Assembly (NCBI GenBank): GCA_963741955.1
Contig: CAVUKB010000006.1
Location: 128,001-192,000 of the forward strand
Origin: an uncultured Acidobacteriota bacterium
GTDB lineage: Bacteria > Acidobacteriota > Thermoanaerobaculia > Gp7-AA8
DNA: 64,000 nucleotides
Direction: 5' to 3'
In this document: in pieces, positions 18,180 to 28,624 of the stretch
How the letters are laid out: every line of letters starts with the position of its first letter
Numbering within the stretch: the first letter of the stretch is position 1
Notes under the pieces: generated by a model
Databases searched by the model: none
The model's input: the letters and a program-made list of their open reading frames with translations, nothing else
Told to the model about the DNA's origin: nothing
Made by a program: the position numbers and the translations under genes

Positions 18180-21100
18180 CTACAGCGCTCCGCGCACCCA
18201 GTCGAGATCCGTCACCGCGGCGCGGTAGTTGCGCTGTGCGGTGGCGAGATTCGCTTCCGCCGCGCTGAGATTCAGCTGCGCGTCCTCGACCTCGAGCCGC
18301 GTCTTCACTCCAAGCTCGTATCCCTGTTCGGCCATTGCGAGAAGGCGTCGCGCCTGCTCTTCGGTTCCCGTCAACGCTTCGACGATCGAGAGTGACTCGC
18401 GCACCGCGTCCACCGTCGTCCTCGACGCAAGAGTCAGCTCGTCCTTCGCCTTCTCGAACGTGATCCGTGCCGTCTCGAAATTGCTCTTCGCCTCGGCGAC
18501 CCGTCCGCGTGTCGCCATCCCGTCGAAGATCGGGAAGACCATGTACACCCCGCCGTTCCAGTTCTTACCTTCCGTGTCGAACGCCCCCGCGGCGAGATTC
18601 GTCCAGCCGTAACCGGCCCGAAAATCGAGCCGCGGCTTGTCGTCCGCACCCGCGATCTTCACCAGCTCGTGATAGGCCGCCAGCTGGTGCTCGAGCTCTT
18701 TCAGATCCGGACGCTGGCGCAACGCCTCCGCGACGACCCGGTCGTACGGCGGGGGTTCGACGAGCGGCGCGTCGAGCGATCCGGTCACTTCCGCCTCGAG
18801 CTCCGGCTCCGCCAGCACCAGCCGCAAACGCTCCATCGCCGTCTTCACCAGGTTCGATGCGCGGATCACGTCCGGCCGCGCGTTGTCCACTGCGACCGAC
18901 CCCGAGAGCACGTCGTAATCGGTTGCGACGCCGAGCTCGTACCGCTTCTTCGCAGCATCGAGATGCCGCTCCCGCTGGGCAAGCGTCTCTTTTGCGATCG
19001 TCTCGATGCGCTTCGCGAGGAGGACGTCGAACCAGGCGACGGTCACGTCCCGTGCCGCCGTCTGCTGCGCCATCTCCAGGTGGTCATCTGCAGACATGAC
19101 CCCCTGCCGCGCTCCACGGATCGCAGCTCCGACCTTTCCCCAGGCGAAGAGGACCTGCGTGATGCTCGCATCCGCCGCATACGTCCGCTGCTCGGCCGGA
19201 TACATGTCGCCGAAGATCGCCTGGTACGTCTTGTCCGACGTCTTCGCGCCGCTCGCGTTCAGCGTGAGGTGAGGCAAGGCCGCGGCGCGCTCTTCGACGT
19301 ACTTCCCGTGGACCCAGTTCCGGTATTCCTTCGCCGCCTCGACGTCTCGATTCTTCGCTTTCGCCATGGCGACGGCGTCCTCCAGCGAGAGCGGTTCGGC
19401 TGCGCTCATCTGCCGCGCGACGGCGAAGATGGCGAGCGCGATCAGGAGAACGACGCCGATCGTCTTCGCCGTTCCGATCAGAGGGCGTGCCGGCGCTCCC
19501 GCCGCCGCCTCCTCGCCCTCGTGTACGACGCTCCCCGCCCACTTCCGGTGCAGCGCGGCGGCGAAGTCGTCGAGCAGTGTGTAGACGACCGGGACGACGA
19601 TGAGGGTGAGAAGCGTCGAGGTGATTAGTCCTCCGATCACCGCGCGGGCCATCGGGGCGCGCATCTCGGCGCCCTGTCCGATCCCGAGCGCAAGAGGCAT
19701 CATGCCGAAGATCATGGCGAGGGTGGTCATCATGATCGGCCGGAGCCGGGTGCGCCCCGCAGTGATCACCGCCTCGCGCCGCTCCATCCCACGCTTCTGC
19801 AGAACCTTCGCGAAATCGACCAGCAGAATCGCGTTCTTCGTGACCAGACCCATCAGGAGAATCAACCCGATCAGGGACATGATGTTCACCGTGTCGTGCG
19901 TCAGAGCGAGCATCCCCGCCATCCCCACGATCGATAGAGGAAGCGAGAGCATGATCGCGAACGGATCGACGAACGATTCGAACTGCGCGGCGAGAATGAG
20001 GTAGACGAAGATGATCGCGAGAATCAACGCCTCACCCATGTAGCCGAACGACTCGATCATGATCTCCGTGTCGCCGGCCATCTTCGTGCTGTAGCCCGCC
20101 TGCATCGGGACGCTCCCCGCACTCTCCAGCGCGCGCTCTGCGGCGGTGCCGAGCGGCAGCCGGTCGAGATTCGCCGAGATCTGCACCTGGCGCGACATGT
20201 CCTGCCGGCTGATCTCGGAAGGCGAAAAGGTCCGCTCGAAACGAACCAGATCCGAGATCGGGATGAGCGAGATCCCGTCGCGGCTCTCCTTTGCAATCCG
20301 GAGATCACCAACCTGACGGATGTCCTGCCTGAGTGAGTCGGGCAGCCGCAGCCGAACGTCGATCGCTTCTCCCGTCTCGTCCTCGAAGGTACTCACGACC
20401 TGACCCCCGACCAGCGCGCCGATCGTCTTCACCAGGGTATCGGTGCCGATCCCGCTGGTGCGGGCGCGCTCCCGGTCGACCACCAGGCGGTACTCGGGAA
20501 GCTCCTGCTCCAGCGTCGCTTCGAGGTCGACCAGACCTGCAACGCCGTACAGTTTCCGCTTCACGGCAGCGGCGTACTCCTTCAGTTTCGGGATCTCTTC
20601 GCCGCGCACCAGCAGGATGAATGGCTTCTGATTGTTGTCGGGATCCTCCTCCACCGACGGGATGATCCCCGGGATGGCGTGGAGCTTCTCCCGGATCTCC
20701 GGCATCAGCTCCTGCTGCGTGCGATCACGATCGCCCTTGTCGACGAGATGGACGTAGACCATCGCGTTGCGGATGGTGTCGCTCTCGGTTGGAGCGATCG
20801 CGGCGTACGTACGGTCGATCTCGGGATACGTCTTCAGCACGCCGAGGACCTTCTGCAGACGGTCTTTCGTCTCTTCGATCGACGCGTCGGGAGCGGACTT
20901 GAAGCGGACCATGAACTCGCCGTGGTCGTAGACCGGGAAGAACTCGCTCTCCAGAACGGCGAAGAGGCCCAGGCCTCCGATGAACGCGACGCCGGCGAGG
21001 GCAGCCACCGACTTGCGGTGGTCGAGTGCCCATCCGACCACGCTCTTGTAACGGTCGGCGGTGCGGTCGAACCAGTGGTTGAAGCGGTCGAGGAGCCGCG

Positions 21101-22607
21101 CAATCGGATGACGGTGCCCCGTCCGCTCGATGTCGGGATCGAACCAGCGGGAGGAGAGCATCGGGTCGAGAGTGAACGAGACGAAGAGGGAAACCGCGAC
21201 CGCGAACGCGACGGTCATCCCGAACTGGAAGAAGAAGCGCCCGACGATTCCCTTCATGAACGCGACCGGAATGAAGACCGCGATGATCGACATCGAGGTC
21301 GCGAGGACGGCGAGCCCGATCTCCGAGGTGCCTTCCCGCGCGGCGGTGTAGTGGTCCTGTCCGTGCTCGAGGTGCCGCACGATGTTCTCCCGCACCACGA
21401 TCGCGTCGTCGATGAGGAGTCCTATGGCGAGAGAGAGTGCCATCAGCGTCATCACGTTGATGGTCATCCCGAGGAAGTACATGGCGATGAACGAAGAGAT
21501 GACGGAGATCGGGAGAGTGAGGCCGGTGATCACCGTCGAGCGCCACGAATTCAGAAAGCAGAAGACGATCAGGATGGTCAGGAGTCCGCCGAGGAGCATG
21601 GTGGTCTCGACGTCATCGACGGACTCGCGGATGAAGATGGACGCATCGCGCACCAGCTCGATGTCGGTGCCCTCGGGGATCTCGCTTTTCAGCTTGGCGA
21701 TCTCGGCCTTCACCGCATCGGAGACGCCGACGGTGTTGGTCTTCGACTGTTTCAGGACGTCGATCACCACGGCGGGGACACCGTTGACGAGGGCGAGGGA
21801 GCGCTGCTCCTCGACCCCATCGACGACTCGGGCGACTTCGCCCAGACTCACCGGATGGTCGCCGCGACGGGCGATGACCATCGATTCGAAGCCGGAGACG
21901 GCCTCGGGCTTCCCTGAGATCCGGATCGGCGTCTCCACCCCACCGCGGTCGAGGCGTCCGAGCGGCGTGTTCACGTTCTCCCCGGCGATGCCGTTCATCA
22001 CGTCATCGACTCCGAGACCCAACGCCTGCAGCTTGACCGGATCGACGAAGACTCCGACCTCTCGCGTGGACGCCCCGACGAGACGCACCTCGCCGACGCC
22101 GGGGATGTTCTCGATCCGGCGCTTGATCTTCCGGTCGGCGAGAGTGGTGAGATCTCGCGGTGAGAGGCGATCGGAGCGGACGGCGAGCGAGATGATCGGC
22201 ATCGCACCGATCTCCATCTTCTGGATCACCGGCTCCTTCATCTGCTCCGGAAGCTGATTGCGGACGCCGTTGATCTTGGCGCGCACTTCCTGCGACGCTT
22301 CGTTGACCTTCACCTCGAGCTCGAACTCGACGATCACGGTCGAGAGACCTTCGCGGGAGGTGGAGTAGATGTGCTTCACGCCGGAGATCGGATTGACCGC
22401 CTCTTCCATCGGACGGGTGACTTCGCGCTCGACAGCTTCCGCGGACGCGCCCGGATACTCGGAGATGATGGTGAGGATCGGCATCTCGACGTCGGGCATC
22501 ATGTCGATGGCGAGACGGCGCCAGGAGAAGATGCCGAGCGTGACCAGCGTCAGCATCAGGACGCTGGCGAAGACGGGACGTTTGATCGAAAGGTTGGAAA
22601 GAAACAT
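18180..22607 (-). CDS. RND (AcrB/HAE1-type) efflux permease fused to a C-terminal TolC-like outer-membrane factor
   Basis: MFLSNLSIKRPV, GLLIDDAIVVREN, GLVTKNAILLVD, RLRPIMMTT, then ~400 aa OEP-like repeats (LSLEDAV..NRD, YELGVAT..D, PIFDG..GRV) in one ORF. Confidence 0.88.
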   Translation of the reverse strand: MFLSNLSIKRPVFASVLMLTLVTLGIFSWRRLAIDMMPDVEMPILTIISEYPGASAEAVEREVTRPMEEAVNPISGVKHIYSTSREGLSTVIVEFELEVKVNEASQEVRAKINGVRNQLPEQMKEPVIQKMEIGAMPIISLAVRSDRLSPRDLTTLADRKIKRRIENIPGVGEVRLVGASTREVGVFVDPVKLQALGLGVDDVMNGIAGENVNTPLGRLDRGGVETPIRISGKPEAVSGFESMVIARRGDHPVSLGEVARVVDGVEEQRSLALVNGVPAVVIDVLKQSKTNTVGVSDAVKAEIAKLKSEIPEGTDIELVRDASIFIRESVDDVETTMLLGGLLTILIVFCFLNSWRSTVITGLTLPISVISSFIAMYFLGMTINVMTLMALSLAIGLLIDDAIVVRENIVRHLEHGQDHYTAAREGTSEIGLAVLATSMSIIAVFIPVAFMKGIVGRFFFQFGMTVAFAVAVSLFVSFTLDPMLSSRWFDPDIERTGHRHPIARLLDRFNHWFDRTADRYKSVVGWALDHRKSVAALAGVAFIGGLGLFAVLESEFFPVYDHGEFMVRFKSAPDASIEETKDRLQKVLGVLKTYPEIDRTYAAIAPTESDTIRNAMVYVHLVDKGDRDRTQQELMPEIREKLHAIPGIIPSVEEDPDNNQKPFILLVRGEEIPKLKEYAAAVKRKLYGVAGLVDLEATLEQELPEYRLVVDRERARTSGIGTDTLVKTIGALVGGQVVSTFEDETGEAIDVRLRLPDSLRQDIRQVGDLRIAKESRDGISLIPISDLVRFERTFSPSEISRQDMSRQVQISANLDRLPLGTAAERALESAGSVPMQAGYSTKMAGDTEIMIESFGYMGEALILAIIFVYLILAAQFESFVDPFAIMLSLPLSIVGMAGMLALTHDTVNIMSLIGLILLMGLVTKNAILLVDFAKVLQKRGMERREAVITAGRTRLRPIMMTTLAMIFGMMPLALGIGQGAEMRAPMARAVIGGLITSTLLTLIVVPVVYTLLDDFAAALHRKWAGSVVHEGEEAAAGAPARPLIGTAKTIGVVLLIALAIFAVARQMSAAEPLSLEDAVAMAKAKNRDVEAAKEYRNWVHGKYVEERAAALPHLTLNASGAKTSDKTYQAIFGDMYPAEQRTYAADASITQVLFAWGKVGAAIRGARQGVMSADDHLEMAQQTAARDVTVAWFDVLLAKRIETIAKETLAQRERHLDAAKKRYELGVATDYDVLSGSVAVDNARPDVIRASNLVKTAMERLRLVLAEPELEAEVTGSLDAPLVEPPPYDRVVAEALRQRPDLKELEHQLAAYHELVKIAGADDKPRLDFRAGYGWTNLAAGAFDTEGKNWNGGVYMVFPIFDGMATRGRVAEAKSNFETARITFEKAKDELTLASRTTVDAVRESLSIVEALTGTEEQARRLLAMAEQGYELGVKTRLEVEDAQLNLSAAEANLATAQRNYRAAVTDLDWVRGAL

Positions 22608-22611
22608 GGCG

Positions 22612-23724
22612 TCAGGCTCCCGTACTCTCGACGACTCGGATCGAGTCGCCATCGCGGAGATCGAACGCACCGCGGGTGATCACGCGGTCGCCGGCGGCGA
22701 GTCCCTTCGCGATCTCGACGAGATCGGAGGAGGTGGCGCCCGTGGTGATGTTGCGCAGTTTCGCGCGTCCCTCGCTGACGACGTAGACGCTTCCACTGCG
22801 TGACTCCGGGTCCCAGGTGAGGAGCGCAGTACGAGGAATGCTGAGGACTCCGGTGCGGTGGCCGGTGACGATCGATCCTTTGGCGAAGAGGCCCGCCTTC
22901 AACGCTCCGTCGGCATTGTCGACGAGGGCCACGACTTTCACCGTGCGGCTCGAGGCATCGGCGGCGGGGTTGATGAAGCTGACGTGCCCTTCGAACGTGC
23001 GGCCGGGGATCGCGTCGCTGGTGAACGAGATCGGCTGGCCGAGTGCGACGCTCGCAATCTTCGACGAGGGCACCGTGACCGTGAGCTCGAGACGGCGGTT
23101 GTCGACGATGGTGAACATCGGCGAAGGCGATCCCATGTTCTCGATGAAGTCCCCGGGATTGACGGTGCGAGCGGCGACCACGCCGTCCATCGGAGCGATG
23201 ACATCGGTCTTCGTGAGACGCGTGCGGGCCATCCGTTCCTGCGCCGCTGCGGCCTCGACGCGGGCGACCGCAGCCTCGGCGGCGGTGCGCGCGTCGTCGA
23301 CGTTCTGACGCGTGGCGAGGCCCGCCGCGAGAAGCTTCTCCATCCGCTCCAGCTCACGCTCTGCGCGGGTCTGCTCGACTTCCGCCTGTTTGCGTCCGGC
23401 GATGGCGCCCGAGAGTGCAGCATCGATCTCCCGACGATCGAAGCGGGCGAGGACCTGGCCTTTCTTCACCCGAACCCATTCGCTGACCAGAACCTCGGCG
23501 ATGGTGCCGCTGTATTCGGCTTTCACTTCACCTTCGAACTTCGGAGTGAGGGAACCGACCACTTCGACAGATTCGGCGACGTCGCCAGGGGCAACGTTTG
23601 CGGCTTCGACGGCGACGGGAGGACGCTCGACGGTTGCGGTCTGATCCGCGCTTCCGCGCGAGCAGCCCGCAGCGACCGTGAGGGCGGCGAGAAGGAAAGG
23701 GATCGATCGGCGGAGAGAGATCAT
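22612..23724 (-). CDS. RND periplasmic adaptor (MFP) lipoprotein
   Basis: Lipobox VAAGC, VKKGQVLARFD, IAPMDGVV, INPAADASSRT, GLAAGDRVI. Confidence 0.92.
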   Translation of the reverse strand: MISLRRSIPFLLAALTVAAGCSRGSADQTATVERPPVAVEAANVAPGDVAESVEVVGSLTPKFEGEVKAEYSGTIAEVLVSEWVRVKKGQVLARFDRREIDAALSGAIAGRKQAEVEQTRAERELERMEKLLAAGLATRQNVDDARTAAEAAVARVEAAAAQERMARTRLTKTDVIAPMDGVVAARTVNPGDFIENMGSPSPMFTIVDNRRLELTVTVPSSKIASVALGQPISFTSDAIPGRTFEGHVSFINPAADASSRTVKVVALVDNADGALKAGLFAKGSIVTGHRTGVLSIPRTALLTWDPESRSGSVYVVSEGRAKLRNITTGATSSDLVEIAKGLAAGDRVITRGAFDLRDGDSIRVVESTGA

Positions 23725-24368
23725 CAGTGATTCTCCTGTCTGCTATTGCTGGTGCGGACGGAGGCGATTCCGTCCATGACGATGTCGAGAAGGTGGTCGA
23801 GATCGCGAGGGCTGAAGTGGCGCTCCGGCTCGATGAGAAGGAGCTGCATGGAAATGCTCATGACCGCCTCGATCGCGGTGACCGCCGTGCAGAGAGCTTC
23901 GGGACGGAGCTTCGCAGGCGCGGCGGAGCGACGGACGAGATCTCCGGTCACTTCGCGGAAGCGGACGATGAACCGTTGCACGTCGACCGCGGGTGCGCCC
24001 TGGGGTGGCCCGTAGTGAACGGCGTAGAAGAGGCGGACCGCGGCGACGTGCTGCCGGACGAAGGAAAAGATCTCGCGGCAGATGGTGCGCAGCGTCTCGC
24101 GCGCATCGAGGTCGGGATCGGGCGAATCGGCGACGATCGACTCGAATTCGGCGAAGAGCCCGTCGAGGAGATCGCGGTAGAGCGCTTCCTTGCTCCCGAA
24201 GTGGTCGTACAGGGTCGGCTTGGTCACGCCGGCGGCGGCGACGATCTCGCGGACGGACGTCGCGGCGTAACCGCGCTCCGCGAACAGAGTCGTCGCGGCT
24301 CGGAGGAGTCGCGTGCGGGAGGAATCGGTGATCGCGCCGGTCGCGAGACCGGCTGCAGTGGACGTCAT
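23724..24368 (-). CDS. TetR/AcrR family regulator
   Basis: LFAERGYAATSVREIVAAAGVTKPTLYDHFGSKEAL HTH. Confidence 0.93.
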   Translation of the reverse strand: MTSTAAGLATGAITDSSRTRLLRAATTLFAERGYAATSVREIVAAAGVTKPTLYDHFGSKEALYRDLLDGLFAEFESIVADSPDPDLDARETLRTICREIFSFVRQHVAAVRLFYAVHYGPPQGAPAVDVQRFIVRFREVTGDLVRRSAAPAKLRPEALCTAVTAIEAVMSISMQLLLIEPERHFSPRDLDHLLDIVMDGIASVRTSNSRQENH

Positions 24369-24423
24369 GTGAGCTCCAGGGAGGGAGACCGTCCGAACGG
24401 GAGAATCCGGTGCGGGGAGCGTT

Positions 24424-24437
24424 TTACCGAACGGTAA
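24424..24437. promoter_or_regulatory. Candidate TetR operator
   Basis: Palindrome TTACCG-AA-CGGTAA ~56 bp upstream of tetR in an AT-rich patch. Confidence 0.55.
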
Positions 24438-24524
24438 GTTAAGTTAGAATGACTTAAGGCGCAAGGGGAGAAACCGGTGTTCACAGGACCTTTACGTCGC
24501 CGACATCCCGGTCGCGAAGCTCCA

Positions 24525-24705
24525 AGCCCGCATTTCTCACACCGTCTCGTCGCGAGGAGGCGGAGAGTGGCGTGGATGCAAGGCGCGCGCAGCTTCGGCG
24601 ACGAAGGCATAGTGGTGACTATGTCGAGGAGCCGAAGCCGGGCGCAACGCAGCAGACAGGCCGCCATCCGTCTCCGCAGCAGAGATGGTGTGAGAAATGC
24701 GGGCT
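24525..24705. mobile_element. MITE-B copy 1 (181 bp)
   Basis: TIRs AGCCCGCATTTCTCACAC / GTGTGAGAAATGCGGGCT, central hairpin CATAGTGGTGACTATG; same length as inverted copy 50871-51051. Confidence 0.85.
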
Positions 24706-24958
24706 AGGAGTCTGCGCGGTAGAAACGTCCGTAGCGAGAAAGCGGAGCAGCGAGGCCAAATTCGTTCGGATTTGAGGTGCGTAGCGGTGGCTACTCGCCG
24801 AAAATCCGGGCGGATTTGGACCGTTGATCCGCTTTCGCAGTAGGACAGTTTTCCATCAACCCCAAGGCGCTTCGATGGCCCGGTTCTGCCGCTCGCGAGC
24901 GGACGTCACCCGAGATCATCAGGAAGCGCCGAACTTACGTCCTATCGCGCAGACTCCT
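24706..24958. mobile_element. Hybrid MITE: MITE-A body fused to ~110 bp of the IS1182 right end
   Basis: 24706-~24850 matches 3210-~3355; ~24853-24958 is the reverse complement of 49276-~49381. Confidence 0.85.
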
Positions 24959-24963
24959 AGGGC

Positions 24964-25117
24964 CAATGGCCCGAACTTAAGGGGTGTGGCACCATAGGAA
25001 GCGGGAGGGCGGGAGTGATGGGGCGAACCGAATATCGAGCTTCGGAGGTGCGGTTGGAGGTATTCGACGAAGCGTTTCCGGCGAAGAAGGTGGAAGCGAT
25101 CCTCGAGGAGCTGGGGC
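24964..25117 (+). pseudogene. IS4-family left end and transposase N-terminal remnant
   Basis: CAATGG..CTTAAG end-like sequence; EVRLEVFDEAFPAKKVEAILEELGR resembles the IS4 N-terminal domain. Confidence 0.45.
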
Positions 25118-26013
25118 GCTCGAGCCGTACCGAGAGCTCGTCTCGGCCGTCGCTGTCGAATCGACCTACAACTGGTACTGGCTTGTGGATGGCCTCCAGG
25201 ATGCCGGATACCCGGTGAAGCTGGTCAACACCTCGGCGGTGCGGCAATACGAAGGGCTGAAGTTCAGCGACGATCGTCACGACGCGATCCGGCTCGCCCA
25301 TCTCGACCGGTTGGGGATTCTTCCGACCGGTTTCATCATGCCGCGCGAGAGGCGCGGGATTCGAGATCTGGTCCGGAAAAGAATGCGGCTGGTTCAGATG
25401 CGGACTGCCTGCATCACGAGCAATCAGGGGATTCAGAGTCGAGTGCTGGGTGCTCGCATGAACGTTCGCGAGATCAAGAAGATGGATCGCGACTCCATCT
25501 CCGAGAATATTTCGGATCCCTTCGTCGCGATGTCGCTCGGGAGCACCCAGGCGATCATCATCGCACTCTCGCGCGAGATTGACCAGATCGAACGTGCGGT
25601 GCTCGGCCAGATCCGACGAACTCCGGAGTGGAAGCGACTCACCTCGATCTGGGGCATCGGCGAGGTCCTGGCCAGTATCATTCAGCTCGAGACCGGACCG
25701 ATCGAGCGGTTCCTCGGAGCGGGAGAATACGCTTCGTACTGCCGCTGCGTCCCAACGCGCTACACCAGCAACGACAGGAAAAAGGGCGAAGGGAACGCCA
25801 AGAACGGGAACCGCTATCTCGCCTGGGCCTTCATCGAAGCCGCGGCGCGCCCTGCGAGGCTATCCGCTCGCCCGCCGCTGGTACGCGAAGAAAACCCGCA
25901 AGGCCAGCCCGATCCTCGCGCGAAAAGCTCTCGCACACAAGATCAGCCGGAGCGCCTTCTACGTGATGAGGGACGGGGTGCCGTTCCGTCCCGAGCTGCT
26001 GTTCGGATCATGA
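25115..26013 (+). pseudogene. IS110-family transposase, 5'-truncated and frameshifted at ~25850
   Basis: AVESTYNWYWLVDGL, KFSDDRHDA, IWGIGEVLA, YASYCRCV, KNGNRYLAWAFIEAA; C-terminus KALAHKISR in another frame; first catalytic GIDLH motif missing. Confidence 0.85.
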
Positions 26014-26380
26014 GCTTGGCCGGGACGAGAAACCACGAATGGGGTTGGGTGAAAGTCCCCCGGGCCTGATTGGACTCGTCCCGGCCGGGATCTTCCCTTC
26101 CGGTCCGCGACGTCGGCGTGAGCCATTCCAGGGTTGGACCCGCGGCAACTTGCCGCGGTGAGCCACAGGTTCTGTCACTCGAATTTCTTGGACACGCCCG
26201 CGCACCGATCGCGTTTCTGGGGTCTCGAACGAGACCAGGGACGGCCCTCACCGGCTGTCTTGATCCTGATGGGTGACTGATGCGGACCCGATCCGACATC
26301 GAACGCACGAAACGCCAGGGATCGCGTGAACGGAAAGGACGATCAACACATCACCGGCAACGCCGAGTCTTGGGACACCA

Positions 26381-26444
26381 GCCTGTGGAAGCCGTGGAAA
26401 ACGCCTTCCACCGGCCCACCGCGTTTTCCACCGCTCCCACAGGC
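26381..26444. repeat. Long palindrome (CTGTGGAA..GTGGAAAACGC..GCGTTTTCCAC..CCACAG) of the kind seen near IS ends
   Basis: Arms GCCTGTGG/CCACAGGC and GTGGAAAACGC/GCGTTTTCCAC seen directly. Confidence 0.6.
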
Positions 26445-26506
26445 TCCGCCGCCGCCTGGTCTCGCCAGCGGCCTATCCGGCCGCAAAAAAAAGCTGCGAC
26501 GGAACG

Positions 26507-27504
26507 GTGATGAAGCATCGCGAATGGCGTCATCTCGGCCTCTGGGGATGCCGGGTGATGCTGCGGGCGGATCTGCCGCGGGTGCGTTGCCGCCGCTGCG
26601 GGGTGCGAACGGCCGCGGTTCCGTGGGCACGGCCTGGTTCGATGTTCACCCGCGCGTTCGAAGACGAGCTTGCCTGGTTTCTGCAGCGATCCAATCAAAC
26701 CGCGGTCTCGGCGTACTTCAAGGTCAGCTGGCTCACGGCCGGACGGATCGCCGCTCGAGTGGTTGCCGAAAAACGCGACCCGAACGCGCTCGAGAATCTG
26801 ACCCGGATCGGCATCGACGAGATCTGCTGGGGGCGGCCGAAGAAGTTCATGACCGTGGTCACGAACCACGAGACCGGGCAGATGATCTGGGCGGCGAAGG
26901 GTAAAAGTGCAGAGGTTCTCGACGGGCTGTTCGATCTGCTCGGCCCCGAGCGCTGCGCGCGAATCCGTCTGGTGAGCATCGACATGAGCGCGGCCTTCGA
27001 GAAAGCTGTTCGCGACCGACTGCCGAACGCCGAGGTCGTTTTCGATCGGTTCCACGTGGTCCAACTCCTCGGGAATGCGATCGATCAGGTGAGGCGGGAC
27101 GAGATGCGAAAGGCCACCGGCGAGGAGCGCTCCGCTCTCAAATCCACTCGGTTCGTCCTCCTGAAGAACCCCTGGAACCTGCGTGATGCCGAGGAGGCGA
27201 AACTCTCGGAGCTCGCGCGGATGAATCACACCCTCTTTCGCAGTTACCTGGTCAAGGAATCCTTTCAGGACATCTATGACTCCTCGTCCGTCCGCCAAGC
27301 TGATCGACGGTTCAAGCGCTGGTATCAGTCCGCGGTTCATAGCCGCATTCAACCCCTCGTTCGCTTCGCGCGAACCGTCGCGGCGAAATGGCCTGGCATC
27401 CGCCGTTACTTCGAGTATCGACTCACGAATGCAGTTGCTGAAGGCTGCAACAACAAGATCCGAATGCTCAGTCACCGCGCTTTCGGCTTTCACACCGCGG
27501 AACC
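26507..27504 (+). pseudogene. ISL3-family transposase, truncated at both ends
   Basis: WRHL, RVRCRRCG, PWARPGSMFT, IGIDE, SIDMS, VFDRFHV, EGCNNKIR..AFGF; N-terminal zinc ribbon and C-terminus missing, no TIRs found. Confidence 0.85.
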
Positions 27505-27552
27505 CCATTTTGCCGCCCACCTTGACAATGCGCCCAATGGGCGCCCAATGGG

Positions 27553-27702
27553 TGACCCTCATCCTTGAACCTCATCCTTCCTGACCCTCATCCTTCCGGG
27601 AGCGCGAAGCTCGGCCGACGTCGAATCGCTCACCGACTCGTGCGGTCCGGCGCGCCTTTTCCAACCGTCGCTCCGAGTTTTTTCTTGTTTAGGTCTGACC
27701 CT
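27553..27702. repeat. TGACCC-anchored stutter repeats and a REP-like AGGTCTGACCCT copy
   Basis: TGACCCTCATCCTT / TGAACCTCATCCTT / TGACCCTCATCCTT at 27553-27597; AGGTCTGACCCT at 27691-27702. Confidence 0.6.
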
Positions 27703-27856
27703 CGAGGCCCCGCTACAGCCGACCCACGCGTGTGGTGCGACCGTCCGGGACCGAGGTTCCCTCGGTCGGGAGGTCCTGCAAAGTCCGAGAACCCTCCTCC
27801 CGTGCGCGATCGGATTCCCGTGCGTCCGCTTCGATCCTCGGCCCTCGCGCTCCTGC

Positions 27857-28624
27857 TCAATGATCCGAATGTTCGCGAAGGAAGACCTCGACCTGAGAGA
27901 GGTATTCGGTCTCATCCGGGGTAAGATTGGTTCCGAGGAGTTCCGTGTACGCGTGTCTGAGCTGCCGCACGGCGTCGGTCGGCGGCGCCCCCGGGTGGGC
28001 GTGCTCTTCTGCCTCGACGATCGCCATGAGAATCGATAGTCTGGATCCGCCTCGAGGCATCGCGTGCGCAACCCGCCGGAGCGCGGAAGCGGCCTTCCCG
28101 TACTCTCCCCGTGACTGGTAGTACAGCGCCGCGTCCTGAAGAACCGCCCGCCCGTGTATCGTCGAGAGGTCGGAGTCCCGGATCTTTGCTGCGACTTCGT
28201 CCATCGTACGATCGCCTTCACCGCCCCTCCCGAGATCCCTCAGCGCCTTCGCTTCGACGACGCCGAAACGGGGATCGTCCGGCGACATCGCCTTTCCGGT
28301 CCGCACCTTCTCGAGCGCCTCCTCGTACATCGTGGCGGTGGAGTAGAACTTCGCGAGCTGCAGGTAGGATTCGGCGACGGCCGGCCGATCGTCGGGCCAG
28401 GCCCTCTGAACGTACTCGAGGTTGAGCACGGTCTCGGCGAACGCGATGGTTTTCGCCTCACCCGAGCTTGCGACGTACTTTCTGGCGAGGCCCTGCGAGT
28501 ACGTCAGCTGTTCGCGCGGGGTGGCATGAGCGAGCACGGTGACGTGGATCTTCGGCGGCGTTTGTGCGAGGAGGGAAGCGGCCGCGGTCGAGATCAGCAG
28601 AACGAATAGCATTCGTCGTTTCAA
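27857..28624 (-). CDS. Secreted TPR-like helical protein
   Basis: Signal peptide (LKRRMLFVLLISTAAASLLA-Q), TPR-like helices; TTG start overlaps the upstream stop (alternative ATG 28612). Confidence 0.65.
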   Translation of the reverse strand: MKRRMLFVLLISTAAASLLAQTPPKIHVTVLAHATPREQLTYSQGLARKYVASSGEAKTIAFAETVLNLEYVQRAWPDDRPAVAESYLQLAKFYSTATMYEEALEKVRTGKAMSPDDPRFGVVEAKALRDLGRGGEGDRTMDEVAAKIRDSDLSTIHGRAVLQDAALYYQSRGEYGKAASALRRVAHAMPRGGSRLSILMAIVEAEEHAHPGAPPTDAVRQLRHAYTELLGTNLTPDETEYLSQVEVFLREHSDH

